Below, in pieces: positions 1 through 6,934 of a stretch of 27,695 nucleotides of DNA. The stretch comes from a virus (taxonomy: Duplodnaviria > Caudoviricetes). Position 1 is the first letter of the stretch; each line of letters opens with the position of its first letter. The stretch lies in the IMG/VR virus record IMGVR_UViG_3300046817_000471, positions 1-27,695 of that record. One strand, 5' to 3'. The position numbers and the translations under genes are program-made. The notes under the pieces are model-generated. The model was not told the origin of the DNA. It searched no databases and saw nothing but the letters and a program-made list of their open reading frames with translations.

Positions 1-107
1 TCCGCCATGCCGCGCGTTGTTGTCGCAGCGCTCGCTTATCAACGATATTCACAGGCCGGCGCCTTGACAAGCGCGCAGGTTGCTGATCACGCGCCAGTGA
101 TAGCGGC

Positions 108-749
108 GTGACCGCGCCGCTCGTGCCACCAGACCTTGTAATTCCCCGCCTGCCGTGGGTGCCGGTTTATTCAGACCGGCTGTGGGAAAGCAATTTCTTC
201 GCGGTCGCCACCGACGCCGAGTTCAAGGCCGCGTTCTGCCTATGGCTGAAGTCGTGGAACCAGAAGCCGCCGGGCTCGCTGCCGAACGACGACCGCCTGC
301 TCTGCCGCCTCGCCGAGCTGAACGGCAATTTAGCGAAATGGGGAAAAGTCAAACGGATCGCGCTGCGACATTGGATCGAGTGCGACGACGGTCGACTTTA
401 TCATCCGGTTGTCGCCGAACTAGTGCTCGATGCCGCTAATAAGCTGAAAGGAAAGCAGGAACGCATGGCGAATGCCCGTGCGGCTCGCCGTAATTATAAG
501 CCTGATAATAAGGGTAATAATCAAGCCGTTCCCCCTCAAGACAGTACCAAGACAGCAGATAAAGTCCCATCGGGACCGGAGCGCGCGCACGCGCGCGAGG
601 AAGGGCTTTTTCAAAATGGTTTAGGGGCGCGAAACGGGCACGGCCCGAGCGCGCCACCAGCCGTCAACCCAAAAATCATCCGGCACAGCTTGCCGTGCGC
701 CTGCCCAAATTGCACCCGCTGGGTCGAACAACAGAGGACCGCAGGATGA
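108..749 (+). CDS. DUF1376 (YdaU-like) phage replication initiator-type protein
   Basis: N-terminal pattern LPWVP..RLWES...EFKAAFCLWLKSWNQKPPGSLPNDDRLLCRLA...W..CDDGRLYHPVVAE matches DUF1376; low-complexity middle; C-terminal CxCxxC. GTG start has no clear RBS. Confidence 0.8.
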   Translation: MTAPLVPPDLVIPRLPWVPVYSDRLWESNFFAVATDAEFKAAFCLWLKSWNQKPPGSLPNDDRLLCRLAELNGNLAKWGKVKRIALRHWIECDDGRLYHPVVAELVLDAANKLKGKQERMANARAARRNYKPDNKGNNQAVPPQDSTKTADKVPSGPERAHAREEGLFQNGLGARNGHGPSAPPAVNPKIIRHSLPCACPNCTRWVEQQRTAG

Positions 750-1543
750 ACGCGCAAGCACAACCGATGTTTAGCGAAGAGTTCGACCCCTACGTCATTC
801 ACGACGTTAACAGTATTGAGATACGTCAGCGCCGACATGACGGATATATCGATGCCACAGCTATGGGCAAAGTGTACGGCACCGACTTCGCTCATTTTGA
901 GCGGACGGCAGAAGCAATTCAATACATAGCGGCGTTGGCTGATAAACTACATATCTGTAGTTCTAAGTTGGTGATAAAAATTCGTGGTCGATATGCTCAG
1001 ACTTTCATCCACCCACAAATAGCTATTCGGTTCGCCATTCAACTGGATGCGGCGTTTGCAGTCGATGTCACAGGCTGGGTTCTCAATTATTGGCGGCAGT
1101 CTGAACCCGACTTGACCGGCACGTCATTCCAGACGCGCCGCCTAGCAGCAGAGATCGGAGGGAGCGGCGTAGCGATCGACAATCACTCCGAGGATCGCTC
1201 ACCCGCCGATTTGGCGTTAATCCTTGAATGTGTGTCGCGGATCGAGCGGCTGGTCGCAATAGATGCCGAGCCATCGATAGTCGCGGCGGTTCGCGACCTA
1301 CTTCGGGAAATGGAAGCGCGACTCGCCGAGCCAATTAAGCGAACCGATTGCCGCACTGCCGAGATACAGGTCGATTTCTGGCGGCACTACAAGATTGATC
1401 CCGACAATCCGCCTAGAGAACCAGACCCGCCGAAAACACCAAAATACGACAACCCGCACGGCACCGCGTCGGGTTTACGGAAACTTGTGGAACCACGCGC
1501 TGTCGTTAAGAAGCGACCGCGCCCGATCGTATTTGAGGAATAA
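746..1543 (+). CDS. KilA-N domain DNA-binding protein (265 aa)
   Basis: IRQRRHDGYIDATAMGK...TFIHPQIAIRFAIQLDAAFAVDV matches KilA-N; ATG 746 overlaps the upstream TGA (ATGA), with GAGG just upstream. Confidence 0.85.
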   Translation: MNAQAQPMFSEEFDPYVIHDVNSIEIRQRRHDGYIDATAMGKVYGTDFAHFERTAEAIQYIAALADKLHICSSKLVIKIRGRYAQTFIHPQIAIRFAIQLDAAFAVDVTGWVLNYWRQSEPDLTGTSFQTRRLAAEIGGSGVAIDNHSEDRSPADLALILECVSRIERLVAIDAEPSIVAAVRDLLREMEARLAEPIKRTDCRTAEIQVDFWRHYKIDPDNPPREPDPPKTPKYDNPHGTASGLRKLVEPRAVVKKRPRPIVFEE

Positions 1544-1564
1544 ACGAGAAGAGGGAAAACCAAC

Positions 1565-1990
1565 ATGGACGGCACCTACCATATCGACACCGCACTGCGC
1601 GGCTACGTCGACCGCATCGTGAACCTTCACCAAGACCGCGACGCGGTGAATGGTGACATCCGAGAGGTCTACGGCGAGGCGAAGGACGCCGGGTTCAATG
1701 TCACCATCCTGCGCGGCATGGTGAAGGAAAACCGCATGGAACCGGAAGCGCGAGACTCGCTGTACCAGTTGCAGCACGAGTACCGGGTAAAGCTCGGGAT
1801 GCTCGCCGGCACGCCACTCGGCGACGCCGCCGAGGAACGGTTCACCAAGCCCGACGACGACGAGCCGGTGACAGGCCGGGCCGAGCCGATGGTCGCTCGC
1901 CCGAAGCCGCTGGCCGAGCAACCGCTCCACCGCGGCCGCGGCCGACCGCGCAAGGCCGATGCGGGCAGCAAGCCGATGTTCGATGCGTGA
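1565..1990 (+). CDS. GapR/DUF2312-family nucleoid-associated protein with C-terminal AT-hook-like motif
   Basis: LRGYVDRIVNLHQDRDAVNGDIREVYGEAKDAGFNVTILRGMV...YRVKLGM is the DUF2312 pattern; RGRGRPRK at aa 123-130; purine-rich RBS (GAGGG). Confidence 0.85.
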   Translation: MDGTYHIDTALRGYVDRIVNLHQDRDAVNGDIREVYGEAKDAGFNVTILRGMVKENRMEPEARDSLYQLQHEYRVKLGMLAGTPLGDAAEERFTKPDDDEPVTGRAEPMVARPKPLAEQPLHRGRGRPRKADAGSKPMFDA

Positions 1991-1993
1991 CCG

Positions 1994-2197
1994 ATGAACC
2001 GCAAGTGCGCCAACTGCGGCGATCACCACGATCGCGGCGAGGTCTGCGCGATCAACTGGCCGGCGCGGCTGGCGGGCCAGGAAGACGCCGGGTCGGGTGA
2101 CCCATTGCACGCCAAGGAATATCCGACCGGCACTTACGGTCACGCCGACTATTGGCTCGGGTATTACGCCACCCGCTACCCCTGGACGCCGGGATGA
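1994..2197 (+). CDS. Small hypothetical protein, possible Zn-binding (CxxC-x-x-HH-x5-C)
   Basis: Fills the gap between flanking genes; its stop overlaps the next ATG (ATGA 2194-2197). Confidence 0.6.
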   Translation: MNRKCANCGDHHDRGEVCAINWPARLAGQEDAGSGDPLHAKEYPTGTYGHADYWLGYYATRYPWTPG

Positions 2198-2622
2198 CCT
2201 TCAAGCTCACCATGCCCGAGCCGCTGGAGCTCGAAATCCACGAGGCGGTCGCGCGGGCGCTCGATGCGCTTGTCCAGCCGCCGGCGTTCGCGTTCTGCTA
2301 TCCGGCGGGGATCATCCAACTGTCACCGCAGCAGGCGGCGAAGATGGTGCGCTGCGGCCTCAAAAGCGGGCTACCGGACTTCATGGTGTTCTATCGCGGC
2401 GTCTACCTGATCGAGTTGAAGCGGCGCGGCGGAACACTGTCACAAACGAAGATCGTGAAGTCGAAGCGCGGCCTGCGCGAGATCGTCGGGCAGCGCGAGC
2501 GGTTCCAGCAACTGAAAGATACCGGCGCGGTGATCGACGGCGCCATCTGCTACAGCGTCGACGGCGTGGTCGACGCGCTCGAACGCTGGCAAATACCGCT
2601 GCGCGGGAGGATCGCCGCATGA
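2194..2622 (+). CDS. VRR-NUC-like PD-(D/E)xK nuclease (possible Holliday junction resolvase)
   Basis: E..IH...GLKSGLPDFMVFYRGVYLIELKRRGGTLS...Q..F motif order; ATGA coupling at both ends. Confidence 0.8.
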   Translation: MTFKLTMPEPLELEIHEAVARALDALVQPPAFAFCYPAGIIQLSPQQAAKMVRCGLKSGLPDFMVFYRGVYLIELKRRGGTLSQTKIVKSKRGLREIVGQRERFQQLKDTGAVIDGAICYSVDGVVDALERWQIPLRGRIAA

Positions 2623-2957
2623 GTGACTACATCGCGCGGGAGGATGTCGTGAGGTGCTTGCGGTCGGAGTTGGACGAGGATGGTTATTACGTGCTGCTTC
2701 GTCTTCCGAGCCTGCAACTCGATATTCTCAATTTCGACGGCACTGTCCTCCGTAAATTGATTGGCGATGAAGAGACGCTGGACTGTCTGCTGGATGACGC
2801 CGTCGATGGTGCCTACGCCGACGGCGATTGGTCGGGGTTGGTTTTGCTCCGCCAGTGCTTGCTGAAATGGGCGGATGAAAGTCAGTCTGCTTTACAGCAA
2901 ATGGGAAAAGACAAGGTGCACAGCAAAGCCCAACACCACGAGGACGGCACCGCATGA
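2619..2957 (+). CDS. Hypothetical acidic protein (112 aa, MSDYIARED...)
   Basis: ATGA overlaps at both ends, GGGAGG RBS upstream; no family recognised. Confidence 0.65.
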   Translation: MSDYIAREDVVRCLRSELDEDGYYVLLRLPSLQLDILNFDGTVLRKLIGDEETLDCLLDDAVDGAYADGDWSGLVLLRQCLLKWADESQSALQQMGKDKVHSKAQHHEDGTA

Positions 2958-3178
2958 AGGCTCTGAGGCCGTTCACTGTCGCCAGCGAGGGCAACTCGCT
3001 CGACCCGGATATCATCGCCTTCGGGCGACCGTATCGCCGAGCCAATGCTCCAACGGGATGTCTCGGCACAAACTGCGCTGAACCGTGCTGGGTCCGCGAC
3101 GGCGTCGCCGCTTATGCAATAATGCGGTCTGGCAAGGGCATCTGCATTTCTTGCCATGCGTCGCCCGGCTGGCGGTAG
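2954..3178 (+). CDS. Hypothetical Cys-rich small protein
   Basis: ATGA overlap with the previous stop; C..C..C..CISC cluster suggests a Zn finger. Confidence 0.55.
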   Translation: MKALRPFTVASEGNSLDPDIIAFGRPYRRANAPTGCLGTNCAEPCWVRDGVAAYAIMRSGKGICISCHASPGWR

Positions 3179-3191
3179 GGGAGTGAACGGG

Positions 3192-3419
3192 ATGGAGGAG
3201 ATACGCTTGACCACCGGGCAACCGGCGCAACTGCGCGATGGCATCGTACATGTCACAACGCCGCCGCCGCATCACTACCGGCTACGGGTGAAGCACCATA
3301 ACGCGGCGATGTGTGAAGCGCGCGCGCCGCGCTATGACCAGCTCATCGCGTTGGTGAAGCAGTTCGAGGGGATCGACTACCAGCTCGTTATGCTCGAACA
3401 GGTGCCGGGCATCCTGTGA
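3192..3419 (+). CDS. Hypothetical protein (75 aa, MEEIRLTT...)
   Basis: GGGGAG RBS about 8 nt before ATG 3192; fits operon spacing. Confidence 0.6.
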   Translation: MEEIRLTTGQPAQLRDGIVHVTTPPPHHYRLRVKHHNAAMCEARAPRYDQLIALVKQFEGIDYQLVMLEQVPGIL

Positions 3420-3425
3420 GGCAAG

Positions 3426-3659
3426 ATGCGCGACCACAACGCCCCGCACCTGCTGGTGATCCGCCAGCGCCCCGCCGGCTGGTACGTCGTCCGGGTGTGC
3501 GCTTGCCATTATGGCGTCCATGCGTCGCTGCCCTATCCCACCGCCGAGCGGGCCGCTCGGGTGCGCCAAGTGATCCTCGGTGAGGTCACCACCAGATCCG
3601 AGCCCAAGCTCACCTGGCTGCGCACCGGCCAGGCCATCACGATACTCGACGAGCCGTGA
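3426..3659 (+). CDS. Hypothetical protein
   Basis: GAGG RBS; stop overlaps the next GTG start (GTGA). Confidence 0.6.
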   Translation: MRDHNAPHLLVIRQRPAGWYVVRVCACHYGVHASLPYPTAERAARVRQVILGEVTTRSEPKLTWLRTGQAITILDEP

Positions 3660-4141
3660 AACATCTCGCAAGCCTGGTGGACGGGCCGACGCCGGAACGC
3701 GCGCAGCACAATCGGGTGACGCGCGACCAGCAGACCGTCGCCGACGCTTACGGCAACATCGGTCGCCCGTGGCGCGCCGAAACCATGCTCGAACGTCTCC
3801 AACGCCAACGCGATATTGAGCCGCCCGAACGCGCCGCCGGCGAGGAATTCCACCGTCTCTTTCGCCGCGCTAGCCTCGACCCGCTGCGCGCCGCCGACAT
3901 GGCCGAACCGAGCCGAGGCGTGGGCCGCGACAGCCACGCCAGCCAACGCCCAAAGCAGGAAATCCACTTCGCTCTCAATGCCCTCGGCGGCTACGCTTCG
4001 CCTTGCGGTTCCTGCGCCTGGTTTGTCCTCGGCTGCGAATTGTCGGTCAACAAATGGGCTAGCCGCAGAGGCATCCGTCGCGAAGTTGCCAAAGGCGTGC
4101 TCGTTGCCACCCTCGGCGTGCTCGCCAAGCATTTCGCTTGA
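3656..4141 (+). CDS. DUF6456-like late-gene regulator (putative antiterminator/activator)
   Basis: ETMLERL...I...RAAGEEFHRLF...ALNALGG..SPCGSCAWFVLGCELSVNKWA...AKGVLVATLGVLAKHF resembles DUF6456; last early gene, in the position of lambda Q. Confidence 0.75.
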   Translation: MKHLASLVDGPTPERAQHNRVTRDQQTVADAYGNIGRPWRAETMLERLQRQRDIEPPERAAGEEFHRLFRRASLDPLRAADMAEPSRGVGRDSHASQRPKQEIHFALNALGGYASPCGSCAWFVLGCELSVNKWASRRGIRREVAKGVLVATLGVLAKHFA

Positions 4142-4170
4142 CAAAGCCGCCGCAACAATGTTTCCAAATG
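4138..4170 (+). promoter_or_regulatory. Candidate late promoter (perfect -35 TTGACA at 4138-4143; no convincing -10)
   Basis: TTGACA overlaps the stop of the regulator gene at the start of a 135-nt intergenic gap; at 17-nt spacing the -10 would be TTTCCA, a poor match. Confidence 0.4.
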
Positions 4171-4230
4171 CTTTGGCTTTGGAGTTGTGCCTCGAAGCCG
4201 CCGACGCTACCCATATCTGGTTATGCTGAG

Positions 4231-4263
4231 AACCCCGCCGAACCCCCCATCGGTGGGGTTTTT
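4231..4263 (+). terminator. Intrinsic terminator in the late-operon leader
   Basis: AACCCCGCCGA-acccccca-TCGGTGGGGTT stem (11 bp, one G-U pair) running into TTTTT, 13 nt before the HNH start. Confidence 0.75.
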
Positions 4264-4276
4264 GCCGTGGAGCGAC

Positions 4277-4630
4277 ATGAAACAGGTCTTGCCGTTCTAC
4301 GTCGGCCCCGACTGGAAGGCGCTGATGCGCCAGATCATCAAGCAACGTGGGCGCTGCTGCCAAGACCCACGCCACGATGGCGCTTACCCTCGGCAGGGCG
4401 TGCGCCTCCTGGGTGACCACATCGTCGAGCTCAGGGATGGTGGTGCTAGGCTCGATCCACGCAACGTCATGCTCAGGTGCTATCGATGTCATGGTCGCAA
4501 GACAAACGAAGAGAAGCTGAAGCGAGAAGCAATGAAGATCGGCGTGGATGGCATGCCACTCGGAGAACACGCATGGTCGACGGGGGGAGGGGTCAAAAGC
4601 AAAACAGGCCGCCAAGCTACCGCCATTTGA
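4277..4630 (+). CDS. HNH endonuclease (HK97 gp74-like packaging cofactor)
   Basis: FY..PDWK.L...DHIVELRDGG..LDPRNVMLRCYRCHGRKT; GGAG RBS before ATG 4277; immediately upstream of terS. Confidence 0.88.
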   Translation: MKQVLPFYVGPDWKALMRQIIKQRGRCCQDPRHDGAYPRQGVRLLGDHIVELRDGGARLDPRNVMLRCYRCHGRKTNEEKLKREAMKIGVDGMPLGEHAWSTGGGVKSKTGRQATAI

Positions 4631-4660
4631 GCGTTTCCCTTTGATCTTTTTGAGATTGTA
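4580..4660. other. Candidate cos/packaging initiation region
   Basis: G-run (GGGGGAGGGGTCAAAAG), a GC core with CCGCCA twice, then a T-rich tract just before terS; the position is typical of HNH-terS-terL cos phages. Cut site cannot be determined. Confidence 0.35.
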
Positions 4661-4662
4661 CC

Positions 4663-5091
4663 ATGCCACGCAGAACTGCTGAAGAGAAAGCGGCTTTGTT
4701 TTATCGCGCTGGCAGAAAGGCGCCAGCTCCGCCGCGTGACTTGTCGACCCGTGCCAAGTTCATCTGGCGTTCGATCACGGCGTCGAAGCCCATCGACTGG
4801 TTTGGCGGCGGGGCGCTTGGGTTGCTTGCCGATCATTGTGAGACGCAGGCACGTTTGGAGGAGGTTTGGCGGCGGTTGCGAAGGTTTCCGGTGGGGTCGA
4901 AGGAAGGCCGCGAACTTGTGCTGACGGAGCTGCGGCCGTTGCGGATCAACTACGCGATGTCGGCGCGGTTGCTGCGGCTGTCGGTGCAGGCCGAGGTCGC
5001 TCCGATGGAAGCGAAGCGTGACGAGGTGACGAATGATCCCGGTGACGAACTGGTAGGAGGCGGCGCGGTGAAGCTCCGAGCGGTGGCATGA
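4663..5091 (+). CDS. terS: Terminase small subunit (P27-like)
   Basis: PAPPRDLS..AK.IW..I......WF......LLA.HCE...LRLS pattern; lies between HNH and terL. Confidence 0.8.
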   Translation: MPRRTAEEKAALFYRAGRKAPAPPRDLSTRAKFIWRSITASKPIDWFGGGALGLLADHCETQARLEEVWRRLRRFPVGSKEGRELVLTELRPLRINYAMSARLLRLSVQAEVAPMEAKRDEVTNDPGDELVGGGAVKLRAVA

Positions 5092-5249
5092 TCATCGAAA
5101 TCCTCTTCGTGGTGACGATGTTTTTGTGGTTCCTGACAATCCTTCCGTTTCCGCCGCTGGCGCCGTTTGCGTCGACGAACGTGTTTTTGGCCTTTACGTC
5201 AGTGCTGCTGCTCGGCTTGTTCATCTTCCTGCCGGGTTTGCGAGGATAA
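5088..5249 (+). CDS. 53-aa two-transmembrane small protein (not in the ORF track)
   Basis: Translates as MIIEILFVVTMFLWFLTILPFPPLAPFASTNVFLAFTSVLLLGLFIFLPGLRG*; ATGA overlap with the terS stop; fills the terS-terL gap exactly. Confidence 0.75.
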   Translation: MIIEILFVVTMFLWFLTILPFPPLAPFASTNVFLAFTSVLLLGLFIFLPGLRG

Positions 5250-5255
5250 CTGGCA

Positions 5256-6767
5256 GTGACACCCGACCGCGCCGATCGGGTTATCAGATTTATCGAGAAG
5301 TACCTGGTGACGCCCGAGGGCGCGCATGTCGGCGAGCCGATCCGGCTGCGCGACTGGCAGAAGGCGATCATCCACCAGATCTACGACACGCCGACGCGCC
5401 AGGCGATCGTCAGCATGGGGCGCAAGAACGGCAAGACGGCGCTCATTGCGATGCTGGTGGTGACGCACCTGGTCGGCCCGGAGGCCGAGCGCAACGCGCA
5501 GTTGTTCTCGTCGGCGCAGTCGCGGGACCAGGCGTCGATCGTGTTTTCGTTGGCGGCGAAGATGGTGCGGATGTCGCGCGAGATGAGCGATCCGAACCTG
5601 GTGGTGGTGCGGGACTCGGCGAAGGAATTGTTCTCGCCGCTGACGGGATCGCGCTACAAGGCGCTGGCGGCGGATGCGAAGACGACGTTCGGGTTTAGTC
5701 CGGCCCTCGTCATTCACGACGAACTGGGCCAAGTGCGCGGGCCGAAGAGCGATCTTTACGACGCGCTTGAAACGGCGATGGGCGCGCACGAGCACCCGCT
5801 GTCGATCGTCATCTCGACACAGGCGCCGACCGCGGCTGACCTGTTGTCGCAACTAATCGACTATGCCAAGGCCGGCACCGATCCCTCGCAGAAGCTGATC
5901 CTGTTCGCGGCGGCCGAGGATGCGGCGCTCGACGATCCCGACACCTGGCGGCAGGCCAACCCGGCGCTTGGCGACTTCCTCAACATCGGCGAGATCGAGA
6001 AGCTGGCTGAGAAGGCGAAGCGGATGCCGAGCTTCGAGTCGGCGTTCCGCAACCTGCACCTGAATCAGCGGGTGTCGGCGCTGGCGCAGCTCTTCTCGCT
6101 GTCGGTGTGGGAGGCCAATGGTGGCGAACCCGAGATGGAGGCCTTCGCTAACGGCCCGGTGTATGGCGGGCTCGACCTGTCGGGGCGGCAGGATCTGACG
6201 GCGCTGGTGCTGGTCGCCGAGGGTCCGCCGGGAACGTGGAACGTATGGCCGCATTTCTGGACGCCGGCCGACACGCTGCGCGACCGGGCACAACGCGACA
6301 AGGCGCCGTATGACACCTGGGCGCAGCAGGGATTCATCACCGCGGTGCCGGGTGTGACCATCGATTACGGCTTTGTCGCACAACGCCTCGGCGAGATCTC
6401 GAAACGCTGCAACATCCGCTCGATCCGCTTTGACCGCTGGCGCATCGATGAGCTGAAGGCGGCGACCACGGCGATCGGCCTGAACCTGCCGCTGGAGGAG
6501 CACGGCCAAGGGTTCCGCGACATGGCACCGGCGCTGGATGCGCTGGAGACGGTGGCGCTGCAACAGCGCCTGCGGCACGGCATGCACCCGGTGATGACGA
6601 TGTGCGCGGCCAATGCCACGGTGGTCACTGACCCGGCCGGCAATCGGAAGCTGGAGAAGGCAAAGTCGTCGGGCCGTATCGACGGGATGCAGGCGCTGGC
6701 GATGGCAGTCAGTGCCGCCACGGTCAACACACGGCTGCCGTTCAACGTCCGCGCACTGATCGGCTGA
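5256..6767 (+). CDS. terL: Terminase large subunit
   Basis: Walker A SMGRKNGKT, Walker B LVIHDE, IVISTQ coupling motif, nuclease GGLDLS...DLTAL and RIDGMQA; GAGGA RBS. Confidence 0.97.
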   Translation: MTPDRADRVIRFIEKYLVTPEGAHVGEPIRLRDWQKAIIHQIYDTPTRQAIVSMGRKNGKTALIAMLVVTHLVGPEAERNAQLFSSAQSRDQASIVFSLAAKMVRMSREMSDPNLVVVRDSAKELFSPLTGSRYKALAADAKTTFGFSPALVIHDELGQVRGPKSDLYDALETAMGAHEHPLSIVISTQAPTAADLLSQLIDYAKAGTDPSQKLILFAAAEDAALDDPDTWRQANPALGDFLNIGEIEKLAEKAKRMPSFESAFRNLHLNQRVSALAQLFSLSVWEANGGEPEMEAFANGPVYGGLDLSGRQDLTALVLVAEGPPGTWNVWPHFWTPADTLRDRAQRDKAPYDTWAQQGFITAVPGVTIDYGFVAQRLGEISKRCNIRSIRFDRWRIDELKAATTAIGLNLPLEEHGQGFRDMAPALDALETVALQQRLRHGMHPVMTMCAANATVVTDPAGNRKLEKAKSSGRIDGMQALAMAVSAATVNTRLPFNVRALIG

Positions 6768-6781
6768 AAGGAGACTTACGG

Positions 6782-6934
6782 ATGCAGACCTGCCCGCATT
6801 GCGGAGCGGAAAATTCCGCCGATTCCGCGAACTGCTCAAACTGCGGCCAGCCGATGAAAGCGGACGAGCCGGATGACGCGGCCAGTTGGCCAGCCGCGCT
6901 GGTCGTGGCCGAATTGCTTCAGTCGGACCGATGA
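6782..6934 (+). CDS. 50-aa zinc-ribbon protein (not in the ORF track)
   Basis: MQTCPHCGAENSADSANCSNCGQPMKADEPDDAASWPAALVVAELLQSDR*; strong AAGGAG RBS; TGA overlaps the ATG of the protease/capsid gene. Confidence 0.8.
   Translation: MQTCPHCGAENSADSANCSNCGQPMKADEPDDAASWPAALVVAELLQSDR

Noticed and set aside
64-107. TTGACA at 64-69 as a promoter for the initiator gene
   Set aside because: No acceptable -10 at 16-18 nt spacing, and upstream context is cut off by the window edge.
2097-2618. Long N-terminal extensions in the ORF track (e.g. 2097-2957; likewise 10602, 11414 and 19847 starts)
   Set aside because: They overlap better-supported genes; internal ATGs with stop/start overlaps or an RBS give the more plausible starts.
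3142-3156. CISCH as a c-type haem-binding CxxCH motif
   Set aside because: No signal peptide, and other Cys residues nearby; a Zn finger is more likely.
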